From Trueperaceae bacterium (GTDB lineage Bacteria; Deinococcota; Deinococci; Deinococcales; Trueperaceae): a stretch of DNA of 64,000 bases. The DNA is taken from the NCBI GenBank assembly GCA_965213925.1, contig OZ243927.1, forward strand, positions 2,624,001 to 2,688,000, read 5' to 3'. The notes under the pieces were generated by a model. It did not search any database. It saw nothing but the letters and a program-made list of their open reading frames with translations, and was not told the DNA's origin. This document shows positions 45,470 through 55,657 of the stretch, one piece after another. Position 1 is the stretch's first letter. Each line of letters opens with the position of its first letter. Made by a program: the position numbers and the translations under genes.

Positions 45470-46200
45470 TTAAAGCCTAAGTTCGTTATCCGCTGCGTTG
45501 TCTGGAACCTCGAGCGTCAAATCCGCTGTCGCCCCCGCCACCTGCTCATTGCGTACCCGGTCCAGATACGTCTTCGACTTGCCAATCTCCGCTTCGAGCG
45601 TGTCTACGGTTTGCTGCATCACGCCTAGAGCTGCCTGCTTGTATTCAGAAATCGCGTCCACCGCTGCGTAAACATTATTGAAAGCCTTCTGGAGTTGCTC
45701 GACATCCACGGTCGCTCCAGCCGCCTGCGTATGTACGCTCGAGGATTGCTTTCTCAAGAGCGCCGAGGTGGACGCGATGAGATTGCCTGTAGTCGCGTTA
45801 AGCGCGTCTATCTGGTCCAAGACGAGCTTCTGATTTGCCAGTCCCTGCGAGACCATGACCGCCGTGCGCAGCGCCGACACCGTCGTGGTCGAGGCGCGGT
45901 CCACACCCTTGATGAGTTCTAAGTTGTTCTTGCGGACCATGTCGAGCGCTAGATAGCCCTGAATAGAGACGGCGAGCTGCGTCTGTAAGTCCTGCACTTT
46001 CTGCCGCAAGTAAAAGAGCATCTCCTCTTCAACCACGCGGGCTTTTTCGGGCTCGGTGCGCTTGAGTTTGTCCGCACGTGCTAAGAGCGCTTCGTCCACT
46101 TTCCGCGCCAGATAGATATACGACTCCAACTTCTCCATCGCTTCCCACAAATTGACCTTCTCCTGCTCGATAGTCGCGTTGTCCTTGCGCAGCTCGTCTT
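45470..46200 (-). pseudogene. Toxic anion resistance protein (TelA-like), 5'-truncated
   Basis: QDELRKDNATIEQEK...NNLELIKGVDRASTTTVSALRTAV; fused abruptly to the RT gene at about 46200. Confidence 0.75.
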
Positions 46201-47941
46201 GCTGCCGGTTAAAAGGGTGTATCGCCTACTCTACCGGCCTGACCTCTACCTGCGCGCCTACGCCAAGCTCTACAAGAACGAAGGCGCACTGACACCAGGT
46301 GCCTCGGACGAAACCGTGGACGGGATGTCCCTAGCGAAAATTGATACCATCATCGAGGCGCTACGCCAAGAGCGGTATCGGTGGACGCCGGTACGACGCC
46401 GTTACATTCCCAAAAAGAATGGCAAGATGCGGCCTCTAGGGATGCCTTCCTGGTCGGACAAACTTCTTCAAGAAGTTATCCGCTCCATCCTGGAAGCCTA
46501 TTATGAACCGCGGTTCAGCGACCGTTCTCACGGCTTTCGACCGAAACGGGGATGCCACACAGCTTTGCGCAAAGTCACCCAAGAGGGTCGAGGTACAAAG
46601 TGGTTTATCGAGGGAGATATCTGCTCGTGTTTCGACAAGATTAACTTCGATGTCTTGTTGAACATCTTGCAGAAGAGCTTCCACGACAACCGCTTCCTGC
46701 GGCTTATCAAGGGGCTGCTCGAAGCTGGCTACCTGGAGAACTGGACCTTTCACCAGACCTACAGCGGTGTGCCGCAAGGGTCGATTGTCGGTCCAATCCT
46801 CACCAACCTGGTTCTGGACAGGCTGGACAAGTTTGTCGAGCACGAACTGATACCAGCTTACACACGCGGCGAACGCCGCAAGACCTACCCCCCGTATGTC
46901 GCCATCGCCAAAGCCGCTCACGACGCTCGGAAAGCAGGGAACTGGGAGACCGCGCGGCAACTGAGCCAGCAGGCCCAGACAATGCCGTCGCGCGACCCCG
47001 ATGACCCGAACTTCCGGCGATTGTGGTACCAAAGGTATGCCGATGACTTTCTGCTGGGGCTGAAAGGGCCAAAAGACGAGGCCGTGGCTATCAAGCAAGA
47101 GATTGCCGCCTTCTTACGCGACGAACTCAAGCTTGAGCTTAGCGAGGATAAGACCCTGCTGACCCACGCGCGCACGCAGAAAGCGCGTTTCCTGGGCTAT
47201 GAGGTCCACATTCTTCACGCTGACGATAAACACGACCACCGGGGACAACGCTGCATCAACGGCAGCGTCGGACTCCGGGTACCGTCGCACGTCATGAAAG
47301 CGCACTGCGCCAAGTACATGCGACGCGGCAAGCCCATTCACCTCCCACAAAGGCTCAGCAGCGATGCTTACAGCATCGTCAGCCAATATCAAGCGGAATA
47401 CCGCGGGGTCGTGCAGTATTACCGCATGGCCTACAACCTCCACACGCTGGGCCGACTCAAGCGCGTCACAGAACTCTCGCTAGTGAAAACGCTGGCGAAT
47501 AAGTTCAGGACGAGTTGCCAGAAAATCTATCGGCGCTACCGCACCACCATCGACCTCAAGGAGGGCAGCTATAAAGTCCTTCAAGTCAAAGTGGACCGTG
47601 GTCCTAAAAAGAAGCCACTCATCACCCACTTTGGCGGCATCCCGTTACGGTGGAACAAATGGGTAGCCTTGGACGACAACCAGAACAGTAAGATTTGGAA
47701 CGGGCGTAATGAAGTGGTGGACCGCCTTTTAGCGCAAAGCTGTGAGCTTTGTGGGTCGGTGGAGCACGTCGAAGTGCATCACGTCCGAAAACTGGCAGAC
47801 CTTGAACAAAGAGGGCGTAAGTCACGGCCCGAATGGATGCAAAGGATGTCGGCTCGCCGACGCAAGACGCTGGTGGTCTGCCTCACCTGCCACCAAGACA
47901 TCCATAAAGGGCACTACCACGGGAAAGGACTTTCATGTTGA
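46201..47941 (+). CDS. Group II intron reverse transcriptase/maturase with HNH domain; start lost
   Basis: RPLGMP, SHGFRP, EGDI..CFD, GVPQG, YADD; C-terminal CELCG...VEVHH...CLTCH. Confidence 0.93.
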
Positions 47942-47951
47942 GATTACTGGA

Positions 47952-48048
47952 GAGCCCCGTGACACGGAAAGCGGTCATGCGGGGTTCGGAGGGGGGATGT
48001 TGGAAAAGCGCTATCTTTGATAGGCAGCTCGCTGGCATCCTACCCTAC
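47952..48048 (+). ncRNA. Group II intron domains V-VI (3' end of the RT-encoding intron)
   Basis: GAGCCCCGTGAC-ACGGAAAGCG-GTCATGCGGGGTTC with AGC triad, followed by domain VI ending CCCTAC. Confidence 0.9.
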
Positions 48049-48103
48049 CGCACGCACGGCTCTTAGGGGGGAGGAAGGCAGCGATGTCTTCTTCCTACCC
48101 GAC
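48049..48103 (+). ncRNA. 3' half of domain V plus domain VI of a second (outer) group II intron
   Basis: CGCACGCACGGCTCTTAGGGGGGAGGAAGGCAGCGATGTCTTCTTCCTACCCGAC directly after the first intron end. Confidence 0.8.
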
Positions 48104-48176
48104 CTGTTGCACAGCGGCACATCGCTGAGCAACATATTTTATAGTGATTCGGATTACGTTCTCCTATACTCAGGTT

Positions 48177-49985
48177 ATGCCTCGCCTCATCGTCATCTCA
48201 TTTTTACTTTGTAGCTTTCTCGTGGGTTGCTCGAGCACCACGCCACTTTCACCACCAGGTGAAACGCCCCCTGTGACTGAGCCTAACCCAACTACCCCTA
48301 CCGAACCGACTTCACCTGAAACGCCCGCGCCCGAACCAACACCCACCACCCTTACGCCTGAAGAAGCTGACCGCATCGCCCTGACGCTCTGGCGCAACGA
48401 TGACCTCGGCAAACATCCCAAGGGCTCCTGCTCAGGCTGTCACGGCGCGGACTACTTTGATCTCGCCCGCATTGGCTCGGCGGATGAGGATATCGCTCGG
48501 CGAGCGGTGATCGACGGAGCGAGTCAACGAGAGGCGGACGCGCTTGTGCAAGCAGTCGGGCAGATGCGCCAAACGTACGGGCTAGTCGCAGACGACGCCC
48601 GCGCCTTTCGCCCCTTTCAACCGGGCGGCGAGGTGCTGCTGCCTAATCTTGACGACGCTGAGCACATCGTTTCGGTGGAGCGAGATATCGCTTTTGGTCA
48701 CCAGCTAGAAGCTCTCTTGCCAACCCTCTTCGGCGAACGTATCGCCTCACTAGCGGACGCAGAACGGGCGCGTGACGAACTCTTGGACCTCGCCCAAGGA
48801 GCTAACCAGGCGGGCGCGAACTCCCAGCGTATTCAACTTAGGGAGTTGCCTACCGGCATCACCTACCCACGCTGGTCAGCCGATCTGCACCACGGCGCAG
48901 ACGAGGGCACGCTCAACGATTGGCTTGCCGATGTCGCGCACGACGCCAAGCCGGAGCACCGCGAGGCGTGGTTGGGGCTGCAAGACGCCTACCTTGCAAC
49001 CCCTAGCGACGAGAACTTCTGGCGCATGTATCTCGCCGCTGAGGAGATGACCGCGACGCCCCTTTTCGGTGAGTGCACCATGACGGGGGGAAGGGCGCAT
49101 ATAGCCTGTGCGGACGTTAAGCGCTTTGCTCGAGAGAAATTCTTGAGCGCGTTGACGGGTCAGCACATGATGCGCTTAGAGGCGTCCGGGCGTGAGGGTT
49201 TTGCGGAGGGCGCACTAGCCTTTTCATACCTCGACACCGACCCCCGCTTCGACTTCATGAAGGAGCGTAAGAGCCGCACGCTTTTGCCCGCCAACCTCTG
49301 GGAAGTGGGCGACAAGGGGCGGAGCACCTTAGAAAATTCTCAGGCTGAGGGCAGTTTTCGCGAGAACTTAGCGAAGCTCGGCTATCCTGAGTTTGTGCAA
49401 GGCAGCATCGACCCCACACGCAGCGCGAGCCAGGAACAACATGAGTTACGCCTCGCCTGGTTCTGGTTAGGCTTCACCTTCGACCCCTCCTTTGCCCGTA
49501 TTCACAGCTCCAACGCCACCAAAGTGGGTGAGTATATGGTGGGAACGCTCCTCGATGAGCGGATGTTCATTCACAATACCTTTCACACCAACATGCGGCT
49601 GGTGACTAAGGGGTTTTTACCAGAAGCGAACAGAGAACAGGCAGGGCGCGAGCGCACTCTGGAACAGCTGCCCACCGTTTTTCGCATGAACTACGGTTAC
49701 TTTTGGGCTTACGGGCGCACGGTGCTCAATTGGCGGGAGAACAAAAAGCTTAACTTCGTTTACCCCGAAGACCTCAAAGCGGAGCAAGCCGACCTCTGGC
49801 ACCGCTTTACGGCGAACGGCTTTCGGATGAGCATGTTTCTTTACTTGGCGGCATTAGAAGAGGGCGCACCTAAAGACAGCGTTGCTTTTGACGCCCTAAC
49901 GACGCACTTTGAGACCTACGAACCTGAGCATCAAGAAGCAGACAATGCGCTGATGGCGCAGCTTAGGCGTAAGCTGGAGGAGTAG
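48177..49985 (+). CDS. Hypothetical lipoprotein with a single CxxCH heme-c motif
   Basis: LVGC lipobox, Pro/Thr linker, CSGCH. Confidence 0.7.
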   Translation: MPRLIVISFLLCSFLVGCSSTTPLSPPGETPPVTEPNPTTPTEPTSPETPAPEPTPTTLTPEEADRIALTLWRNDDLGKHPKGSCSGCHGADYFDLARIGSADEDIARRAVIDGASQREADALVQAVGQMRQTYGLVADDARAFRPFQPGGEVLLPNLDDAEHIVSVERDIAFGHQLEALLPTLFGERIASLADAERARDELLDLAQGANQAGANSQRIQLRELPTGITYPRWSADLHHGADEGTLNDWLADVAHDAKPEHREAWLGLQDAYLATPSDENFWRMYLAAEEMTATPLFGECTMTGGRAHIACADVKRFAREKFLSALTGQHMMRLEASGREGFAEGALAFSYLDTDPRFDFMKERKSRTLLPANLWEVGDKGRSTLENSQAEGSFRENLAKLGYPEFVQGSIDPTRSASQEQHELRLAWFWLGFTFDPSFARIHSSNATKVGEYMVGTLLDERMFIHNTFHTNMRLVTKGFLPEANREQAGRERTLEQLPTVFRMNYGYFWAYGRTVLNWRENKKLNFVYPEDLKAEQADLWHRFTANGFRMSMFLYLAALEEGAPKDSVAFDALTTHFETYEPEHQEADNALMAQLRRKLEE

Positions 49986-50062
49986 CAAGCTGTCGTCGCC
50001 TTGCTCAGCGCTTTTAGCCTGACCTTTATACAACAAACTAGGTCGAAACTTGCGTAAGCGCA

Positions 50063-50090
50063 ATGCAACAGACGCGCGCGTTCGTCGCAG
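50063..50090. repeat. 28-bp palindromic site, copy B
   Basis: ATGCAACAGAC GCGCGC GTTCGTCGCAG. Confidence 0.85.
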
Positions 50091-50227
50091 AAGCGCTGAA
50101 TCTGCTTCCACTTGTCTGTCAGCGTGTCTACAGTGTTCCCTTACGCCCCTCTGACATAGGCTTGCTAGGGTCACTTCAGCTACCGGTAGCTAGACTGACA
50201 CTCAATGACGCAGTGAGGAGAGGGTTT

Positions 50228-51859
50228 ATGCTACCTATAAAAGAGTTGTTATTCGCCAGCTTATTAGCGCTTACGGTTGGACAGGCACAAGAGACCGGAG
50301 GCGCTGAAACGGGCGGTGCCCAGGCATCAGGGCAGAGCGTTTCGGGCGTCGTCTACAACGATCTAAACGAGAACCGGCAGCGCGACGAAGGCGAAGCGGG
50401 GGTCGCAGGCGTGTCAGTCTCGAACGGGCTCGAGGTGGTGCAAACAGACGATAGCGGTCGCTATGAACTGTCCGCTCGTGACGAGATGATCATGTTCGTC
50501 ACCAAACCCGCTGGCTACATGGTCCCGGTGAACGAGGTGATGCTGCCGCAGTTCTACTACATCCACCAGCCTAACGGCACGCCCGAAGACTTAGACCTCG
50601 ACTTTGACGGCATCGAGCCGACAGGTCCGCTGCCTGACTCGGTAGACTTTCCGCTGCAAGCGTCCGAGCTGGATGAGTCGTTTGAGGCACTCGCCTTCGC
50701 CGACCCACAGCCCCGCGACGACACCGAACTCGACTACATCCGTGACGACGTAATTACGGAAATCGTTGGTACGGACGCCGCTTTCGGCATCACCGTCGGC
50801 GACATCATGTACGACGACCTGTCCCTGTTCGAGCGCTATAACGAAGTCGTTGCAGCGATCGGTATCCCCTTCTGGAACGTGCCGGGCAACCACGACCTGA
50901 ACTTCCAGTCCCCGGACGACGCTTACTCGCTCGAGACTTACAAGCGCATCTATGGACCCGCCTACTACTCGTTTGACTATGGGCAGGTGCACGTCGTGGT
51001 GATGGACAACGTCGAGTACTTCGGGGTGGAGGACGGCGAGTCGAGCGGCTACCGCGGCTACATCGGCGGAGCGCAGCTCTCTTGGCTCGAGAACGACCTG
51101 CGCTTCGTCCCGGAGGACAAGCTCATCGTCTTAGCCATGCACATCCCCCTGATCGACCAAGGGCGCGAAGACAGCGCCGGCGTCAACACCGCCGACCGCG
51201 AGGCGCTCTTCGAGGTCTTGGCGGGGCGCGAGCGGGTGCTCTCCATCTCGGGCCACGTCCACGCCAAGACCGAGCACAGTTACTTCGGCGAAGCAGACGG
51301 CTTTCAAGCGCCCAACCCGCTGCATCACATCACCCTGACGACCCTCTCGGGCGTCTGGTGGGGCGGGCCTGAGGACGAGCGCGGCATCCCCATCACCACC
51401 ACTCGTGACGGGCTGCCGAACGGTCATCACGTCCTCTCCTTTGAGGGCAACGCCTACCGCGAGCGGCTCAAGGGGGCGGGCGAAGCCGCCGACTATCAGA
51501 TGAACATCAGCGTCGCCCAGGCGCAGCAGGACGGCAACACCCTCGACCCCGCGCAGTGGTCCGGACCGCAAGTCGTCGCCAACGTCTTTAACGGCAGCGA
51601 GCTTTCCAGCGTCCGCTATCAGATCGACGGGAGCAAGATGCGGACGATGGAGCGCACCCTGCGCGGCGACCCCTACGTCAGCGAGCTGCAGGAGCGTTTC
51701 CCCGAGGAGATGCCCGGTCCTATCGACTCGTCGCACATCTGGACCGCACCCCTGCCGGACGACCTAGCGCCCGGCGTGCACCGGGTCCGCGTAGAAACGA
51801 CCGACCAGTACGCTCAGACCTTCCGGGCGACGCGCGTCTTCGAGGTCGCCGGGGAGTAG
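50228..51859 (+). CDS. Secreted calcineurin-like metallophosphoesterase
   Basis: Signal peptide; ADPQ, GDIMYD, PGNHD, HIP and SGHVH motifs. Confidence 0.9.
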   Translation: MLPIKELLFASLLALTVGQAQETGGAETGGAQASGQSVSGVVYNDLNENRQRDEGEAGVAGVSVSNGLEVVQTDDSGRYELSARDEMIMFVTKPAGYMVPVNEVMLPQFYYIHQPNGTPEDLDLDFDGIEPTGPLPDSVDFPLQASELDESFEALAFADPQPRDDTELDYIRDDVITEIVGTDAAFGITVGDIMYDDLSLFERYNEVVAAIGIPFWNVPGNHDLNFQSPDDAYSLETYKRIYGPAYYSFDYGQVHVVVMDNVEYFGVEDGESSGYRGYIGGAQLSWLENDLRFVPEDKLIVLAMHIPLIDQGREDSAGVNTADREALFEVLAGRERVLSISGHVHAKTEHSYFGEADGFQAPNPLHHITLTTLSGVWWGGPEDERGIPITTTRDGLPNGHHVLSFEGNAYRERLKGAGEAADYQMNISVAQAQQDGNTLDPAQWSGPQVVANVFNGSELSSVRYQIDGSKMRTMERTLRGDPYVSELQERFPEEMPGPIDSSHIWTAPLPDDLAPGVHRVRVETTDQYAQTFRATRVFEVAGE

Positions 51860-51891
51860 GGACAAACAGAGGCGTTCTGTCTGAATCAGGT

Positions 51892-51926
51892 GAACAGGAG
51901 CGGTCTACTATGAACCGCTCCTGTTC
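51892..51926. terminator. Hairpin after the phosphoesterase
   Basis: GAACAGGAGCGGT...ACCGCTCCTGTTC IR; no clear U-tract. Confidence 0.5.
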
Positions 51927-51978
51927 GCTCGGACTGAACATTTGTATAGAGGGGCACAGGAACGGAACCTATCTTTTT

Positions 51979-52006
51979 CTGCAACGAACGCGCGCGTTCG
52001 CCGCAG
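51979..52006. repeat. 28-bp palindromic site, copy C
   Basis: CTGCAACGAAC GCGCGC GTTCGCCGCAG. Confidence 0.9.
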
Positions 52007-52076
52007 AAGCTAACTGGGCTTTCCTACTACAAAACCCAGCTTATCTCTCGACTAACGCGATGACTTTCGGTGGCGA

Positions 52077-53471
52077 TCAAAGCGAAAAGAGTTGCCACCA
52101 GAACGCCCACGGCACGAACAGCATCGCCCCGCCCATCAAGAGGGCGAGCCAGACGCGCTCAACTCCCTGTACCGACTGCCGCCCCCGGTACCAGGTGGCT
52201 GTAAGTAGAACCGCCGTTAGCAAAAGTGCGAAAGCAAGAAGCTGGAGGAGGAACCAGCCGACTGGACGCCCTGCGATGACCGAGGTCACGCCTTCGCCGG
52301 ATGTCGCAGCGACATACCCCGTATAGGCGTACACGCCCCAAGGGGTGACTAGACCGAGCACAGTGAGAACCCAGGTACTCCACCTGCCTGGCATCCGCTG
52401 CGGCTTGGCGCGGCGAAGATACCTGACACCCGCTGCGACGAGGTACCCGCCAAAGACAAGCTGAAACAAGGCGAAGAAGGCGAGCTGCACCTGCCACCGG
52501 GCGAAGCCCTGCACATCCGTCACCGAAGGTCGGGTAGGGTGCCCGTCCGCTGGCGACGCGTCCAAGTGCGGTCCCGGTGGCGCGTCGGCGGTAACGTTCC
52601 GAAGCCATGAGGTCATCGTCTCGACGTAACCCGGGGCGAGCGCGCCGGTCACCTGGTCTTCAGCGACCGCGCTCGCGTCGTGGCTGGCGTCAGAAATAAA
52701 GCGCAGGACGTAGTGCCGATGACCTCCCCGCGCCAACGCTCGCCGCATAACACGGGCACTTTTGGCGGCAGGCATGACGCGATCCAGGGAACCCCAGAGG
52801 GCGAGGACAGGCTGACGGAGCTGCTCGAGAACGGGCGCGGGGTCGTATGTCCCTTCAGCAAAGAGCTCGGCCGAGATGAGGAAACGGTAGGTATGGTCCG
52901 CAAGAGCCCGCAGGCTCCCCTCTGAGGTGACGCCCTGCCGACGGAGCGCGCCCTCCGTCGCCCAAGCGCTCTGCTCTGCAGGCCCTACCCCCCCGCCTGC
53001 GACGGTGATCACGAACGCGATGTCGGTGGAGCGTGTGGCGGCTAGTGGCGCGACCCAGCCGCCTTCACTCAGACCCCACAAGCCGACCTGAGCGGGATTC
53101 ACCTCGTCACGCTGCTGCAGCATCTGCACGGCGGCGACAGCGTCGTCGGCTAGAAGAGAATACGAGCGGTCGCCTGCAGGGTTGGCGCTGTAGCCTTGGG
53201 TGCGCTTGTCGTAAAGCAGGGTGAGGAACCCCTCTCTTGCCAGGGCTTCAGCTACAGGGCGGTTCTCGTCACGCTTTCCAGGACCCGCCCCGTGAACGAG
53301 CACGACCGCCGGGACCCTGCCGCTCTGTTCGGGGATCAGCATTGTGCCGTGCAGCCTCACGTCACCGCTTTCGAAACTCAGCGCCTCTTCCGTCGCAGCC
53401 TGGGCGTGAGCGCCCGCCGCCGCAAGCCAGCAACTGAGGAGCAGCAACATCGTGAACACACAAAAGCGCAT
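52077..53471 (-). CDS. Alpha/beta hydrolase with signal peptide and C-terminal TM helices
   Basis: VHGAG, YDKR, GLSEGG nucleophile elbow. Confidence 0.85.
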   Translation of the reverse strand: MRFCVFTMLLLLSCWLAAAGAHAQAATEEALSFESGDVRLHGTMLIPEQSGRVPAVVLVHGAGPGKRDENRPVAEALAREGFLTLLYDKRTQGYSANPAGDRSYSLLADDAVAAVQMLQQRDEVNPAQVGLWGLSEGGWVAPLAATRSTDIAFVITVAGGGVGPAEQSAWATEGALRRQGVTSEGSLRALADHTYRFLISAELFAEGTYDPAPVLEQLRQPVLALWGSLDRVMPAAKSARVMRRALARGGHRHYVLRFISDASHDASAVAEDQVTGALAPGYVETMTSWLRNVTADAPPGPHLDASPADGHPTRPSVTDVQGFARWQVQLAFFALFQLVFGGYLVAAGVRYLRRAKPQRMPGRWSTWVLTVLGLVTPWGVYAYTGYVAATSGEGVTSVIAGRPVGWFLLQLLAFALLLTAVLLTATWYRGRQSVQGVERVWLALLMGGAMLFVPWAFWWQLFSL

Positions 53472-53664
53472 AAATTTAGCTGTCCCGATGACGACCCAAG
53501 CTTCGGTCGTTACGGCGTGAACCGTTCGAGGGCGAGGGTACAAAGACTGGTGAGTGCGTCATCATGCGACCTCATCCCTAGCGTAGCCCAGCAGCGCCAC
53601 AAACCGCATGTGCTTAAAGTCATGCACTCTCTACTATCTTGACGTCTAGCTGCTTTGCGGCGTT

Positions 53665-53692
53665 GTGCAAAAGACGCGCGCGTTCGTCGCAC
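53665..53692. repeat. 28-bp palindromic site, copy D
   Basis: GTGCAAAAGAC GCGCGC GTTCGTCGCAC. Confidence 0.88.
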
Positions 53693-53748
53693 AAAGTTTA
53701 AGCTTCAGAAGGCTTATGAAGTGACCTAAAAGTTCTAGGAAGTGGGCA

Positions 53749-54276
53749 TCACCCGAGAGCTTCCAGGCTTTTGCGCGCATTCCCCGCTACCGACTTCCGC
53801 TCATCTTCCCTCAGGCGTATCAGGTGGGGTCGGAGCCACGCTTTGAGGCTTTCGTCCTCCTTAGCCCATTGGGTCAAGGTTTTCATCGTGTTATTTAGCA
53901 CGATCCAATCCGTATGGGTCGCAAGCGTATGTTTAAGATGGTCGGTAGCCTGTGAGCGTTGCTTAGCTGTCATGCGGTCGCTCAACATGCCGAATAGGAG
54001 GGCGAGCGTCCACTGAGTGGAGGCTTGATCGATCTGCGCGATCTCTTCTAAAAGCCGGTCGAGGTAGGGCTCTGACCACTCGGGGTGCGCGAGGGTCACG
54101 CGCTTGACGGCGTTCGACGTCCTCAGCCGCACGATCTCGTCAGCGCTGAAGTAACATCGGTATAGCTCCTCAAGTCGCGTCCTATCGCTCAGCACGATCT
54201 CCACAACTTCGAGAGTACGCCCCAGAGAGTTGGGATGTCCTCCGGTGAGCATGGATTCGAATGTTTCTTCCGCCAT
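53749..54276 (-). CDS. Hypothetical HEAT-repeat-like protein
   Basis: GGHPNSLGRT...VRLRTSNA...DWIVLN...RKSVA; all-helical character. Confidence 0.65.
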   Translation of the reverse strand: MAEETFESMLTGGHPNSLGRTLEVVEIVLSDRTRLEELYRCYFSADEIVRLRTSNAVKRVTLAHPEWSEPYLDRLLEEIAQIDQASTQWTLALLFGMLSDRMTAKQRSQATDHLKHTLATHTDWIVLNNTMKTLTQWAKEDESLKAWLRPHLIRLREDERKSVAGNARKSLEALG

Positions 54277-54469
54277 CGCTAGCCCTGAATGTAGCACGCT
54301 CTTCTACCCGCGTTGACTCGGTCGAAAACTCTAGCTTGATAGCGGAGACGGTCGCAAACCGCCGGGCAAAGCCCGCTATACGGTGTCTCGCGAGCTTTTC
54401 GCTTGCCAAACCCGTGACAGAAGTGAGGCGCTTTGTGGCAGATCGCTGCTGTGGGAAAGAGTTGCCACT

Positions 54470-54497
54470 GTGCGGCAGACGCGCGCAACTCTTGCAC
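54470..54497. repeat. 28-bp palindromic site, copy E
   Basis: GTGCGGCAGAC GCGCGC AACTCTTGCAC. Confidence 0.85.
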
Positions 54498-54532
54498 AAA
54501 ACCAGAGCAACACGTCGTTATAAACTGCTTAC

Positions 54533-54985
54533 TCATTCCTTCGCCCGCTCAACAAGCGCTGCAATCCTCTCCTCGAAGCTGAAAGAGCCGAGCGGCTCGA
54601 CCTCGACTTGACGAAAGTCCGGATGGTCGGGGTTGAGAAGCACATTAAAGCTTTCAGGTGCGACCACTGAGGGAACGCGCAGAGCAACGCTTCTCGCTTC
54701 GCGCACCCAGGTGTCACCGTAGGACCGCGTCTGAACTCGGTCATTGATCCCGAGGTCGTCAGGCGCATTCTCGAGAAGAGTCTCATCGAAGGTACAGCGG
54801 TAAAGGTTATAACCCTGTAGGCTGGCGTAGACCTCCCAACCGGCTAGAATCTCTAGTGCAGCTAGAGCAGCGTGCTCCGCTGTATACACCATAACCGTGC
54901 CCTCGCTATTCCAACGCCCTGGTGCGCCGCGTGGTCTGAACGCCGCACTCAAACTGTTCGTAAAAGCTAAGCGGTAGACCTTCAA
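54533..54985 (-). CDS. RES-domain toxin
   Basis: GRWN...VYTAEH.ALAALE...VPSVV...NVLLNPDHP. Confidence 0.9.
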   Translation of the reverse strand: MKVYRLAFTNSLSAAFRPRGAPGRWNSEGTVMVYTAEHAALAALEILAGWEVYASLQGYNLYRCTFDETLLENAPDDLGINDRVQTRSYGDTWVREARSVALRVPSVVAPESFNVLLNPDHPDFRQVEVEPLGSFSFEERIAALVERAKE

Positions 54986-55425
54986 AGAAAAGTGCCGTCC
55001 TCCAGCGCGGTAAGCATGTTTTGAAGCTTGCTGACCCCGACGCGCGTAGCCAGCAAGTCGATAGGTCTAGCTCCGTCTAGGGCAGCCTTAGGGCTCCCGA
55101 ACCAAGCTTTCGCCCCCTCCTGTCCGAGAATGCTCGCGACCCGTGCAAACAGGGTAAGCGCACTGTAGGTACGGTCTAAAAGCTCGACGCTCATATCTGG
55201 GTTCTTACTCTTGCGCGAGCGGCTGATGCCGAGCACAGCGAGTGCTTCGGTTTTGCTGATATCAAGCAGGGAAGTCAAACGTCTTAGAACCTGCTCGAGG
55301 GAGGACTCGCCAACGACAGTTTGCTTGAGCACGGCCTCAGCTACCTCGTTCGGCGTAGTGTCGAGTACCTGTTCAAACAGTGCCTCGCGGGTAGAAGCAA
55401 AGGAAGTCTGTATCACGTTCAACAT
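54982..55425 (-). CDS. Xre/MbcA/ParS-type antitoxin
   Basis: AWFGSPKAALDGARPIDLL...LEDGTF C-terminus; overlaps the RES toxin. Confidence 0.88.
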   Translation of the reverse strand: MLNVIQTSFASTREALFEQVLDTTPNEVAEAVLKQTVVGESSLEQVLRRLTSLLDISKTEALAVLGISRSRKSKNPDMSVELLDRTYSALTLFARVASILGQEGAKAWFGSPKAALDGARPIDLLATRVGVSKLQNMLTALEDGTFL

Positions 55426-55454
55426 AGTAGCATGAAACTTCAACGTTTAGCGCT

Positions 55455-55482
55455 CTGCAGGAGTTGCGCGCAACCGCCGCAG
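55455..55482. repeat. 28-bp palindromic site, copy F
   Basis: CTGCAGGAGTT GCGCGC AACCGCCGCAG. Confidence 0.85.
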
Positions 55483-55657
55483 AAGGTTCTACGCGAACTA
55501 CTACTTCTATTAACTTGCGCTCCCTGCTCCACACCTCCTTTAACACAGGCGAGCCGTAGAGGTGCATGGTCGGCGATCACTAGGCTACCGAAGCTCTGCG
55601 AATTGCGCTTAAGCGTTAAAATGTCTTTACCTTAAAGAGCACAGAAAGGGCAGCGCT

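Noticed and set aside
46201..47941. RT as a retron, DGR or defence RT
   Set aside because: Maturase and HNH domains plus the downstream DV/DVI identify a group II intron.
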